This document shows positions 9,536 through 17,812 of a stretch of 39,785 nt of DNA, piece by piece (the stretch's first letter is position 1; the number at the start of each line of letters is the position of its first letter). The notes beneath the pieces were generated by a model, which had not been told where the DNA came from, made no database searches, and saw only the letters and a program-made list of their open reading frames with translations. The DNA lies in NCBI GenBank assembly GCA_964468965.1, contig CAYXXA010000005.1:1-39785 (forward strand). Direction: 5' to 3'. The translations under genes and the position numbers were made by a program. Source of the stretch: an uncultured Candidatus Peribacteria bacterium. GTDB lineage: Bacteria; Patescibacteriota; Gracilibacteria; UBA4473.

Positions 9536-10501
9536 ATGAATAATAAACGAGACTTTAAAACTTTTATAAATCACTGTCTTCATAAGCCAGAAACAAGAGT
9601 CGCTAAATTTGTAAATGGATCGCTGGTATTTCTTATTATTTTTTCTATCGCGGTTATTCCACTTCACTTCCTACCAGAAATGTCATGGGCTAAATCTTAT
9701 CTTATAACCTTTGATAAAATTACCATCACGGTTTTTACGATTGAATACTTCTTGCGAATTTGGGCAGCCGACCGAAAAGCAGCCTATGTATTTTCCTGGT
9801 GGGGTCTTATTGATCTTCTTGCTATACTTCCTTTCTATCTAGCAAAAATAGGACTTATTAGTCGTCCAGAAATCTTTATGGCGCTTCGAATACTTCGAAT
9901 ACTCAAGCTTGGGAAAATTTATGAAATCGAACGAAATGCTATTTCTGAGTGTGCGACTAATGAACATGGCGAATTTCGTGTACTTGACGATGAGAATATT
10001 GAACGCGTTGTCCAAAAGCACCCATTAGTTTTCATGGCAAAACTCATTATGCCACTTGTCATGACCACTGTTGGGTTAACGATCATTGTTTTTTTTCAGG
10101 GTATGTTTATCGCTACAATCATTGCTATCTTTTTCTTTATTTTTGCCGCCATCTTTTTCTTTAAAGCCTGGTTAGATTTTAATTATGATGTTATTTATAT
10201 CACTAATAGACGGGTCATTCTCCAAAACAGAGAGCTTTTTGGAGCTATTACCAATGACATTACCTATGAATCCATAACCAATGTCAAACCAAGTAATATT
10301 GGTATTTGGCATTTTCTTTTTGGATTTGGAAGTGTTTGTATTGAAACCGCCTCAGTAGATGGGGCACTCCATTTTCATGAGGCCCCAAATCCTCATGAAA
10401 TTGTCCGACATATTACGAAAAACAGACAACTGGTTCTTGAAAGACGTAAAGTTGATAACATTCAATTTCCATCAACTAAAAACGATAAAAAAACTAGCTA
10501 A
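9536..10501 (+). CDS. Voltage-sensor (S1-S4) domain fused to 2-TM + bacterial PH domain; no pore
   Basis: S2 VFTIEYFLRIW, S3 IDLLAILPFY, S4 LRILRILKLGK; then DDENIERVVQKHP, two TMs, YITNRRVI...ITYESITNV...FGFGSVCIETAS (bPH_2-like). Confidence 0.8.
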   Translation: MNNKRDFKTFINHCLHKPETRVAKFVNGSLVFLIIFSIAVIPLHFLPEMSWAKSYLITFDKITITVFTIEYFLRIWAADRKAAYVFSWWGLIDLLAILPFYLAKIGLISRPEIFMALRILRILKLGKIYEIERNAISECATNEHGEFRVLDDENIERVVQKHPLVFMAKLIMPLVMTTVGLTIIVFFQGMFIATIIAIFFFIFAAIFFFKAWLDFNYDVIYITNRRVILQNRELFGAITNDITYESITNVKPSNIGIWHFLFGFGSVCIETASVDGALHFHEAPNPHEIVRHITKNRQLVLERRKVDNIQFPSTKNDKKTS

Positions 10502-12023
10502 TATTTCTTCGTACAAAATTCATTAACTTTATTTGTTCTGGTGACATTTTTTCCATGACAGACTGTTTTGCATAAGATTTCAAAAGCGGATTATATTTTT
10601 CCCAGAACATAGACGCTGCATTATCACCAAGTAAAAACAATGCCAAAAAGATACTCTCCTTTCCGAGAAGGTATTTTCTCGCTGATGCTGGCATTTTTTT
10701 AACATAGTTTTTGAAGCTCATCCTCGGAATTGTTTTCAGTGTTTTCTTCATGACACCAGACCCTATCATTTTCTTAGCACCACCTTTTATGGCTGCCTTA
10801 GCCGTAACTCGTGCTGCCGCTAATGGTGCCGCTGCCGATCCAGCGGAAAAGAAAGTTCCGGCAGCCCAAATCACATCCATTACCACACTCGTTCCCGCAA
10901 ATAAAGCTCTTGTTCCAAATGAGTATTCTGATTCATCATTGAAAAGTTCCTTTATATCACGGTAGGAGCCCGTTATAGGGGCAACATCCAATGCAATATT
11001 ACCAGCGGTTTCTATAAAACTTTCCTGTTGTTTTTCAGGATGAAATATCCAATCAAAAATTCGAGCAAACGCCTCTGTTTTACGAGCCTTACTTGCCAGT
11101 CCTTTGAGTGGCATTCCTAAATCTTTAAAAATTTTTTGCCCATCTTTTGGGTATTTTGTCACAAAATTCACAATCGCAGACCTGTTTTTTTTAGTCGGTA
11201 GCGTAATAAACTTTTTAATAAATTCTAAACCAATTAGATACAATCCAGCCGTATGAATTTTCGCCTCTTTTTTGGCATTAAGTCCCAATTTGACCTTATC
11301 GGTAGTCGTTTCAACTTTTTCAATCACATTCTTTATTTCATCTTCATATTTATTTTTAAGTTCGATTCCAGCATTATAAGATTCAATTCCTCGTTTAACC
11401 GCTTTATACGCAAAGAAGTCCTTAAAAGATCTTCCAATAAAACTAAAAAAGCCTTCACGATTATTCCAGTTTTCTTTTATAACTTCACTAAAAGTTTTTA
11501 TTTTTCGACGTCCAGAATTAGAATTTTCGGCTTCTACTTTTGTATAATGTTCAATAAAATTTTTAAACTTTTTCTTCCGCTCCTCTAATGTTAAATATTC
11601 AATATCATGATTACCATCAAAATATCTCTCTAACGCTTCCGCCTCTTTATTGAGATTCTTTAACTTTTCATCATCCTCTAAAACAGCCGTTACATTTTCA
11701 ATTTCATTTGAAACAACTAAAATAGGACGGTTTGTTCCGTTCTTCTTGGCAATTTCCATCGCCAGTTTTTCTTTTTCCGTATCCACACGAAAGTGTTCCG
11801 CCGTTTGATCTTCTAATTCATTCAGTGGAACCACATTATTCGCATATTTTTTACGTTCAATTTTAGAATGATGTTTCAGTATCCCTTTCTCCAAACGCTC
11901 TTCTACGCTATCATCACTTTCTACTTCTTTTCCATAATTCAAACCCCATTCCAATCCTCTTTTCAAAAAATCTGGCACAACCGTCACTTCTTCTTTCTCC
12001 ACTTTCTGTTTTACAACCGCCAT
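10494..12023 (-). CDS. Hypothetical coiled-coil protein with pre-toxin-TG-like segment
   Basis: Charged helical N-terminal half; ALDVAPITGSYRDIKELF...SFGTR motif and Ala/Gly-rich hydrophobic hairpin near the C-terminus. Confidence 0.6.
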   Translation of the reverse strand: MAVVKQKVEKEEVTVVPDFLKRGLEWGLNYGKEVESDDSVEERLEKGILKHHSKIERKKYANNVVPLNELEDQTAEHFRVDTEKEKLAMEIAKKNGTNRPILVVSNEIENVTAVLEDDEKLKNLNKEAEALERYFDGNHDIEYLTLEERKKKFKNFIEHYTKVEAENSNSGRRKIKTFSEVIKENWNNREGFFSFIGRSFKDFFAYKAVKRGIESYNAGIELKNKYEDEIKNVIEKVETTTDKVKLGLNAKKEAKIHTAGLYLIGLEFIKKFITLPTKKNRSAIVNFVTKYPKDGQKIFKDLGMPLKGLASKARKTEAFARIFDWIFHPEKQQESFIETAGNIALDVAPITGSYRDIKELFNDESEYSFGTRALFAGTSVVMDVIWAAGTFFSAGSAAAPLAAARVTAKAAIKGGAKKMIGSGVMKKTLKTIPRMSFKNYVKKMPASARKYLLGKESIFLALFLLGDNAASMFWEKYNPLLKSYAKQSVMEKMSPEQIKLMNFVRRNIS

Positions 12024-12128
12024 TGTCTGAGTGAATTAATATCAAAGCATTATACCCTAAAAAAGCGAAAAACACAACTCTAAAGAGGTTGTAATTATCA
12101 CTCTGATAATAGAAATGAAAGAGACTTT

Positions 12129-12998
12129 TTATTTCCCCACCCACGATGTTTTCCATTTCGCCCACCATTTCATTTTTGGAAAAAAGATCCCTAAAACGGA
12201 AGCTATAAAAATTAGGACCTTTAACACTATTCGTTTCCCTCCTCGTGGTAAAATTTTAATTTCAGGATGAAGTTGTTCAAAAACTAGTGCATTTTTTCGA
12301 GCTGAAAGGGTTTTTAGTAGCACAGAATCAAGATCAGGTACATCCAGTCGGTAAATAATAGAACGTTCGTTATAGGATAATTTAAAACCTTTTTGTGCCA
12401 ATCGATACCCAAATTCAGCATCTTCAAATCCCCAACCTTTGAAATTATTATCAAATTTTAACATAAGTTCTTCGCTCCCCTTCTTCCCTTTCCCTATTTT
12501 TAGAAATGATTTCTTCAGACTGATATTACTCGTATAAAAATGTCGCCAATCCGCTCCATTTTTTTTAATTTTTGAGTAGTCAAACTGTGGTCCATTTTCT
12601 AGAAATTGAGTAAAATCAGTTTGACACTTCCAGATTACTTTTCCTAGTAATCCCCTGTTGGGTGACTTATTTTTCTCATGAAATTCAACAATTTGTTTCA
12701 GCCAATCCTTATCTGGAATGCCATTATCTCCTATAAAAATAAGAATGTTGCCTATTGATTTTTCAATACCAACGTTTCTTGCTCCTCCCGCATAAACCTG
12801 ATGATCTGTTGCGTACAAACGCAACCCTTTAATATACTTTGAAAGTTTCGTATCAACTGGTCTTCCGTCAAAAATTACCAGTATTTCTGGCTTTATATTC
12901 TTAAATCCCTCACACTCGGAAATTCCTTTCAAAACCGTTTTCAGGCTCTCCCTTCCAAGCGTAGGAATGATGATTGAATACTTCATTTTCTTATTCAC
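12129..12998 (-). CDS. Glycosyltransferase family 2
   Basis: YSIIIPT.GR, ARNVG, FIGDN, TSNISLKK, GWGFEDAEFGYRL. Start may be ATG 12986. Confidence 0.9.
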   Translation of the reverse strand: MNKKMKYSIIIPTLGRESLKTVLKGISECEGFKNIKPEILVIFDGRPVDTKLSKYIKGLRLYATDHQVYAGGARNVGIEKSIGNILIFIGDNGIPDKDWLKQIVEFHEKNKSPNRGLLGKVIWKCQTDFTQFLENGPQFDYSKIKKNGADWRHFYTSNISLKKSFLKIGKGKKGSEELMLKFDNNFKGWGFEDAEFGYRLAQKGFKLSYNERSIIYRLDVPDLDSVLLKTLSARKNALVFEQLHPEIKILPRGGKRIVLKVLIFIASVLGIFFPKMKWWAKWKTSWVGK

Positions 12999-13731
12999 TC
13001 AGAATTGATTCATCGACCTCAAATCCACCAAAAACATCATCCACATCCTCTGCTTCCTCTAATTTTTCAATAAATGATTCTACTTTTTCAAGTGTTTCTT
13101 TGTCAGTAATCATAATCGGATCTTTTGCTCGGTATTCCGGATGAAATTTTTTAATCGTTACCACCTTTTCTAGTCTATCACGTACCTTTCCAAGTTGATC
13201 AAAAGCCGTAATAACTTCTGATACCCCTTGCTCGTAATGAAAGTCATCAGCACCTGCCTCAATAACTATTTCAAACAAAGCTTCTTCATCCTTATCGCCA
13301 TTCTCAATGAGAATAACCCCAAGATGATTAAAAAGAAACTTAACCGCCCCCGCACTTCCAATTTTTCCACCATTCTTTTCAAAGGCCACTCGAACACTCG
13401 GAAAAGTTCTATTTGGATTATCGGTTAGAGCTCCTACTAAAAACGGAATTCCCGCTGGCCCATAACCTTCGTATAACTGTTCTGAATACTGTACCCCATC
13501 TTTATCCGCTCCTGATAGTTTTTTCAAAATCTTCTCAATATTACTTTTGGGCACCCCATCTGATTTGGCATTCGATATAGCATTTTTGAGTGGCGTGTTG
13601 GTTTCTGGATTTGGATCGTTTTGCCCAATAACCATCAAAATCTTACTGTGTTTTGTTAGTACTTTCCCACGAGCCGCATCATTAGCTGCTTTTTTGTGAC
13701 GAATTGAATGCCATTTACTATGTCCGGACAT
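12991..13731 (-). CDS. yebC: YebC/PmpR family protein
   Basis: MSGHSKWHSIRHKK, YEGYGPAG, TDNPNRT. Confidence 0.96.
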   Translation of the reverse strand: MSGHSKWHSIRHKKAANDAARGKVLTKHSKILMVIGQNDPNPETNTPLKNAISNAKSDGVPKSNIEKILKKLSGADKDGVQYSEQLYEGYGPAGIPFLVGALTDNPNRTFPSVRVAFEKNGGKIGSAGAVKFLFNHLGVILIENGDKDEEALFEIVIEAGADDFHYEQGVSEVITAFDQLGKVRDRLEKVVTIKKFHPEYRAKDPIMITDKETLEKVESFIEKLEEAEDVDDVFGGFEVDESILSE

Positions 13732-13815
13732 TTTAGATAAAAGATAAAAAATTTAAAAACATTCCCCTATAATACTACAATATTCAAAAAAATTATAAAA
13801 ACTTTTCTACTTTAT

Positions 13816-13846
13816 AAAAAGCCCACATAACTTATGTAGGCTTTTT
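13816..13846 (-). terminator. Intrinsic terminator after 13867..14541
   Basis: Minus strand AAAAAGCCTACATAAGTTATGTGGGCTTTTT: hairpin with one G-U pair, ending in a U tract. Confidence 0.75.
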
Positions 13847-13866
13847 ACTTCTTATTTAAGTTTTTT

Positions 13867-14541
13867 CTAATTGTGTGACCGCTTATTAAAAATACCAATG
13901 GCAATAAAACCAAGCACTAGAGCTATTGTCATATACCACATCATTAGACTACCTGGTCCAGATTGAGCAAGTTCACAATCAAGCCGAACCGATGTCTGCT
14001 CTCCCGTATTACTTGTTGATACCATTTGAGTATTAGGGGTACATTTATTTACACGGACAAAGAACGTAAAAACTTTTTTACAAGGAGCTTGTTGCGTAAA
14101 ACTTGGAAAAGTAATGGTTCCCCCATTAACATTTCCTAATCCTGCATCAATGATATCGGCATTCTGTAAAATCTGACTAATATCTAAACTCGCTACAAAA
14201 TTTACCACATCCTCTTGCTCTGAATTAATCACATACTCATAACGCAATACATCTCCAGTTCTTGCCCCTACACTCTGAGCATCTGCATTATTTTGGGAAA
14301 CATTTATTACCCCATAGGTATACTGCGCAGGTGCTAATAACTCCGCTGTACTTTGTAGTAAAGGATCAGAATCACTACTTGCAGCAACATCATCTACAAA
14401 TACATCATCTGTCGCATCTGCCGCATATACTGGATCCATAGAACCAGAAGATCCATCTGTCGGCTCAAGTGGCGCCTGCGCCATAACCGTAAAAATAAAT
14501 AAAAATGATGATAGACCGATTGCGATAAATTTATTTTTCAT
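13867..14541 (-). CDS. Acidic secreted surface protein (DUF11/Ig-like) with LAQSGP + TM + basic tail
   Basis: Signal peptide, Asp-rich linker, ARTGDVLRYEYVINS (DUF11-like strand), C-terminal LAQSGPG-hydrophobic-KR. Confidence 0.7.
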   Translation of the reverse strand: MKNKFIAIGLSSFLFIFTVMAQAPLEPTDGSSGSMDPVYAADATDDVFVDDVAASSDSDPLLQSTAELLAPAQYTYGVINVSQNNADAQSVGARTGDVLRYEYVINSEQEDVVNFVASLDISQILQNADIIDAGLGNVNGGTITFPSFTQQAPCKKVFTFFVRVNKCTPNTQMVSTSNTGEQTSVRLDCELAQSGPGSLMMWYMTIALVLGFIAIGIFNKRSHN

Positions 14542-14562
14542 GTTTGTATAAAAATTGTATCC

Positions 14563-15285
14563 TTATTTTTTCAAATTTTCAACTAAAGTCAAACTTTTTA
14601 TTTCCTTTTCCCCCAAAACGCGATATTTCCCTACCTTTAGCTCTCCCAAATAACAGTTCCCAATGCGTATTCGCAATAGATCTTTTACCTTAAACCCTAG
14701 TGCTTCACACATTCTTCGAATCTGCCTGTTTTTCCCTTCTGTTAAGATAATTCTAAAAATATGATCTTCTATCTTCTCAATAGTACACGGACTTGTGGTG
14801 AATTTTTTTTGTCTTAAAAATACCCCTTTAGACATTTGTGCTAAAAAAATACTTGTTATCGGTTTATTCACAACAACTAAATATTCTTTCTCTTTTTTAT
14901 ATTTCGGATGCATTAGCCGGTTTGATAGTTCTCCATCATTCGTGAGTAATAATAGCCCATGTGAATTTTTATCTAACCGTCCTATAGGGAAAACACGTCC
15001 CTTAAAGTCAAAATCAGCTAAGGTCTTTGATTCATAATTAGCCTTCAAAGTTGATTCCACCCCTATGGGTTTATAAAAAGCCAATACCCTTTTTTTAATA
15101 CTTTTCTTGATCTCAAGCGCCTCTCCATCTAACCAGATAACATCCTCATCATTAACACGATCACCAAGAACAGCTAATTCCCCATTAATAGCTATTCGTT
15201 TTGACCGAATATATCTCTCGCATTCACGACGAGAAAATAATCCTTTTTGAGAAAGATACTTTTGAATTCTAGTTTTCTCTGTCAT
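14563..15285 (-). CDS. RsuA/RluB/RluF-family pseudouridine synthase
   Basis: S4 domain (RIQKYLS..G..SRRE), GRLDKNSHGLLLLTNDG, EGKNRQIRRM. Confidence 0.93.
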   Translation of the reverse strand: MTEKTRIQKYLSQKGLFSRRECERYIRSKRIAINGELAVLGDRVNDEDVIWLDGEALEIKKSIKKRVLAFYKPIGVESTLKANYESKTLADFDFKGRVFPIGRLDKNSHGLLLLTNDGELSNRLMHPKYKKEKEYLVVVNKPITSIFLAQMSKGVFLRQKKFTTSPCTIEKIEDHIFRIILTEGKNRQIRRMCEALGFKVKDLLRIRIGNCYLGELKVGKYRVLGEKEIKSLTLVENLKK

Positions 15286-15288
15286 TGA

Positions 15289-16512
15289 TTAAGCTTTCTT
15301 TCGTCCAAACACAAAGAACAACGTTACTAATACGAAAGCCCCACCAAATAGGTAAATGGTAGCTGGTCCAGCTTTCGTAAGACTAGTAGAAAAATTTAGA
15401 ATAACACCATTTGACTCATTACCTGAACGATCAACGGTCACTAAACGAATTCTGTAGTTTTCATTCTTTTTAACGGTAATCGTTTCGGTACGAATATTTC
15501 TTCCAAGTGAATACCCATTATCCCAATTTTTAGTTCCCTCTTTGATATAGAGCTTTTGGTCAACTATATCTCCATCCCTATCAAAGGCCGGCTCCCACGA
15601 AAGAACGACCGTTCCATTTTTTGCCAATTTATCCGTATTAATCTTTAAGGAAGTCGCATCACCTGGTGGTAAGCGATCAACTTCGGTTGCCGCTCCATGA
15701 CCAACACCATAATCATCCGTTGGTATATCAAGTATCCCCCCTGACGTATCCTCATCATCAACAAAAAAATCATCATTAACATCAACTATAGGCTCCTCAT
15801 CTACAGTTTCATCCGATGATGAAGAACCCGCTGTAAAACTAACGGTATCGGTAATACCTGAACTAACAGGATTACCAGAAAGATCTTCCACTGCCGAAGT
15901 AGCGGTTACATTATAAACATTCCCTACCTGCAAAGACCCTGGTGAAACCGTAATGTAGACATAAGTCCCTTCCACTTCAATATCTTCAACGGAAACTTCT
16001 GTTAAGCTCCCCTCATCCATTATCTGAAAGGCCTGAGTCACACTCTTAACAACAACTGGTTTTGACATAACGACTTCTATTTCTGTATCTGAAATTTGAC
16101 GAGCAGAGATAACTGATGGCGTATCAATCATTTCAGAACTTGGAGTAACCGAAACCTCATTAGAATAAGATTCAGACTCTGTCTCTTCTTCGTCTAGTGC
16201 GGTTACTGCAAAATAGTACGTAACCCCATTTGAAAGCCCCTCAACGGTATAATTTGTGTCCGATGAGTCCGTTAAAACTTCTTCACTATAATATTCATCT
16301 TCCCCCATATCTTCTATAGAAGTTGTCCCGTAGTATACTTTATAGCCTAATATCACGCCATCATCTTCGGCGGCATCCCACGTCAAATCAACCGATCCAT
16401 CCCCTGCCGTACCACTAAGATTCTGTACATCACTTGGTGGTGTTGCAAAAACCATAAAAGGTATAATTAAGAATGAGAACAAAGATGCTTTTGGAAATGT
16501 AAAATGACGCAT
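15289..16512 (-). CDS. Acidic fibronectin type III / Ig-like surface protein with LTKAGP + TM + basic tail
   Basis: Fn3 (VDLTW...GYKVYYG...GLSNGVTYYFAVTA), Ig-like (VEDLSGN), second Fn3, C-terminal LTKAGPAT-hydrophobic-RKKA. Confidence 0.85.
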   Translation of the reverse strand: MRHFTFPKASLFSFLIIPFMVFATPPSDVQNLSGTAGDGSVDLTWDAAEDDGVILGYKVYYGTTSIEDMGEDEYYSEEVLTDSSDTNYTVEGLSNGVTYYFAVTALDEEETESESYSNEVSVTPSSEMIDTPSVISARQISDTEIEVVMSKPVVVKSVTQAFQIMDEGSLTEVSVEDIEVEGTYVYITVSPGSLQVGNVYNVTATSAVEDLSGNPVSSGITDTVSFTAGSSSSDETVDEEPIVDVNDDFFVDDEDTSGGILDIPTDDYGVGHGAATEVDRLPPGDATSLKINTDKLAKNGTVVLSWEPAFDRDGDIVDQKLYIKEGTKNWDNGYSLGRNIRTETITVKKNENYRIRLVTVDRSGNESNGVILNFSTSLTKAGPATIYLFGGAFVLVTLFFVFGRKKA

Positions 16513-16657
16513 TTTTTATATTTTTTGAATAATATTTTTACTCTACTTTCAATTCTATAACAAAGTCGATTTACCTGCAAATTTTTTTGTATACTATTTT
16601 TAAATAGAATAAGAATTAACAAGTTATTCGCCCTAATAAACACAACCGATAAAGAAA

Positions 16658-17065
16658 TTACAACCGTTCTTTCATGAACTTGGATGACTTAAAAAAATTA
16701 GCAAAATAAGGTTTTCCTCTTCTTATTACAAGATTAGGAAGTACTTTTTGTATAGAAACAACATCTGCTTGTTGATCATAGCCCAACTGTAGATGTGTTG
16801 GGAATTCCTCCTGAATAGTTTTTAAAAAATTTGTGTTAAGATTACCAAGTCGAATTTTCACATTACGATAGGCTGAAAACTCTAACTTAAGACGATCAAC
16901 TCGCTGGTGTTCTGTATGAAGGGGTAGCCGTTTTTTTATCCGTTTTACCGTCTTGTCTCGAGCAACAACAATAACCATCTCAACATCCTTTCTATAAACT
17001 GACCAGCAAAGATATTGATGCCCAACATGAAAGTTATCAAACGTTCCCGCTATAAAAATTTTCAT
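16658..17065 (-). CDS. HxGH cytidylyltransferase-family protein, RibL-like FAD synthase candidate
   Basis: GTFDNFHVGH, VVARD, LGYDQ, KSS; 135 aa single domain. Confidence 0.75.
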   Translation of the reverse strand: MKIFIAGTFDNFHVGHQYLCWSVYRKDVEMVIVVARDKTVKRIKKRLPLHTEHQRVDRLKLEFSAYRNVKIRLGNLNTNFLKTIQEEFPTHLQLGYDQQADVVSIQKVLPNLVIRRGKPYFANFFKSSKFMKERL

Positions 17066-17135
17066 TTATTTGCAGCACTACCCTAGTTCTGATTAAAAAC
17101 AAAAACTACACAATACGCTTAATCCGCCATTAGAT

Positions 17136-17633
17136 CTATTGCGCCGTTTCGGTTTCAACGGTACTCACCTCATCTGCTAACCCTAAAATTTCTTTAAGTG
17201 ATCGCACCTTATCCCCTTCTTTTCGTTTCTTATTTGATTCGCAAACGATACCATCTTTATCTCGATCAAGTCCATGAATATCATTTTCTACACCACCACA
17301 GGCATCAAAAAGAGCTTGTGCCTCATCCTGATATTTAAAATTATCACAATTAAAATTTGACTTTGATTTACACTCATCGATAAGCCAGTGTCCATTTTCA
17401 GTTACCTTAACTCTTGATTCCGAGAAAGATCCCGTCTCTATTAGTTTTTGGACATCAAAATCATTATCACTTACTTCCATTCCCAAGGCGACTAAAATAA
17501 CCGCCATCAAGCCTAAAATCCAAATACGAAACTTTTCATAGGTAAAATACATCACCGCCAGAATAGCAAGGAGAATAACCATCAAAATAAGTCGAAAATT
17601 TTTACTTCGTCGGATTTGTGCTACTGATTTCAT
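17136..17633 (-). CDS. Membrane protein with Excalibur-like Ca-binding domain
   Basis: Two N-terminal TMs; NCDNF..Q.EAQ...D.HGLDRDKDGIVCES (DxDxDG loop flanked by Cys). Confidence 0.75.
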   Translation of the reverse strand: MKSVAQIRRSKNFRLILMVILLAILAVMYFTYEKFRIWILGLMAVILVALGMEVSDNDFDVQKLIETGSFSESRVKVTENGHWLIDECKSKSNFNCDNFKYQDEAQALFDACGGVENDIHGLDRDKDGIVCESNKKRKEGDKVRSLKEILGLADEVSTVETETAQ

Positions 17634-17812
17634 GTATAAATGGAGATTTATAAGTTTTAATACCCAAATAATAATTTAGATTATTTTTTTGTCAAAAGGC
17701 AATCTAAAGAAAATTATTTTCTCACTTTAGTAATAGGGCAAAAATTGATGAATTCACTTTATTTTTTCACCATTGTATGATACAATTCTTAGATTTTTTG
17801 GACACCAACATT

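Noticed and set aside
10061-10081. MTTVGLT as a K+ channel selectivity filter
   Set aside because: No GYG/GFG, and it lies inside the first TM of the bPH module with no preceding S5 and pore helix; probably coincidental.
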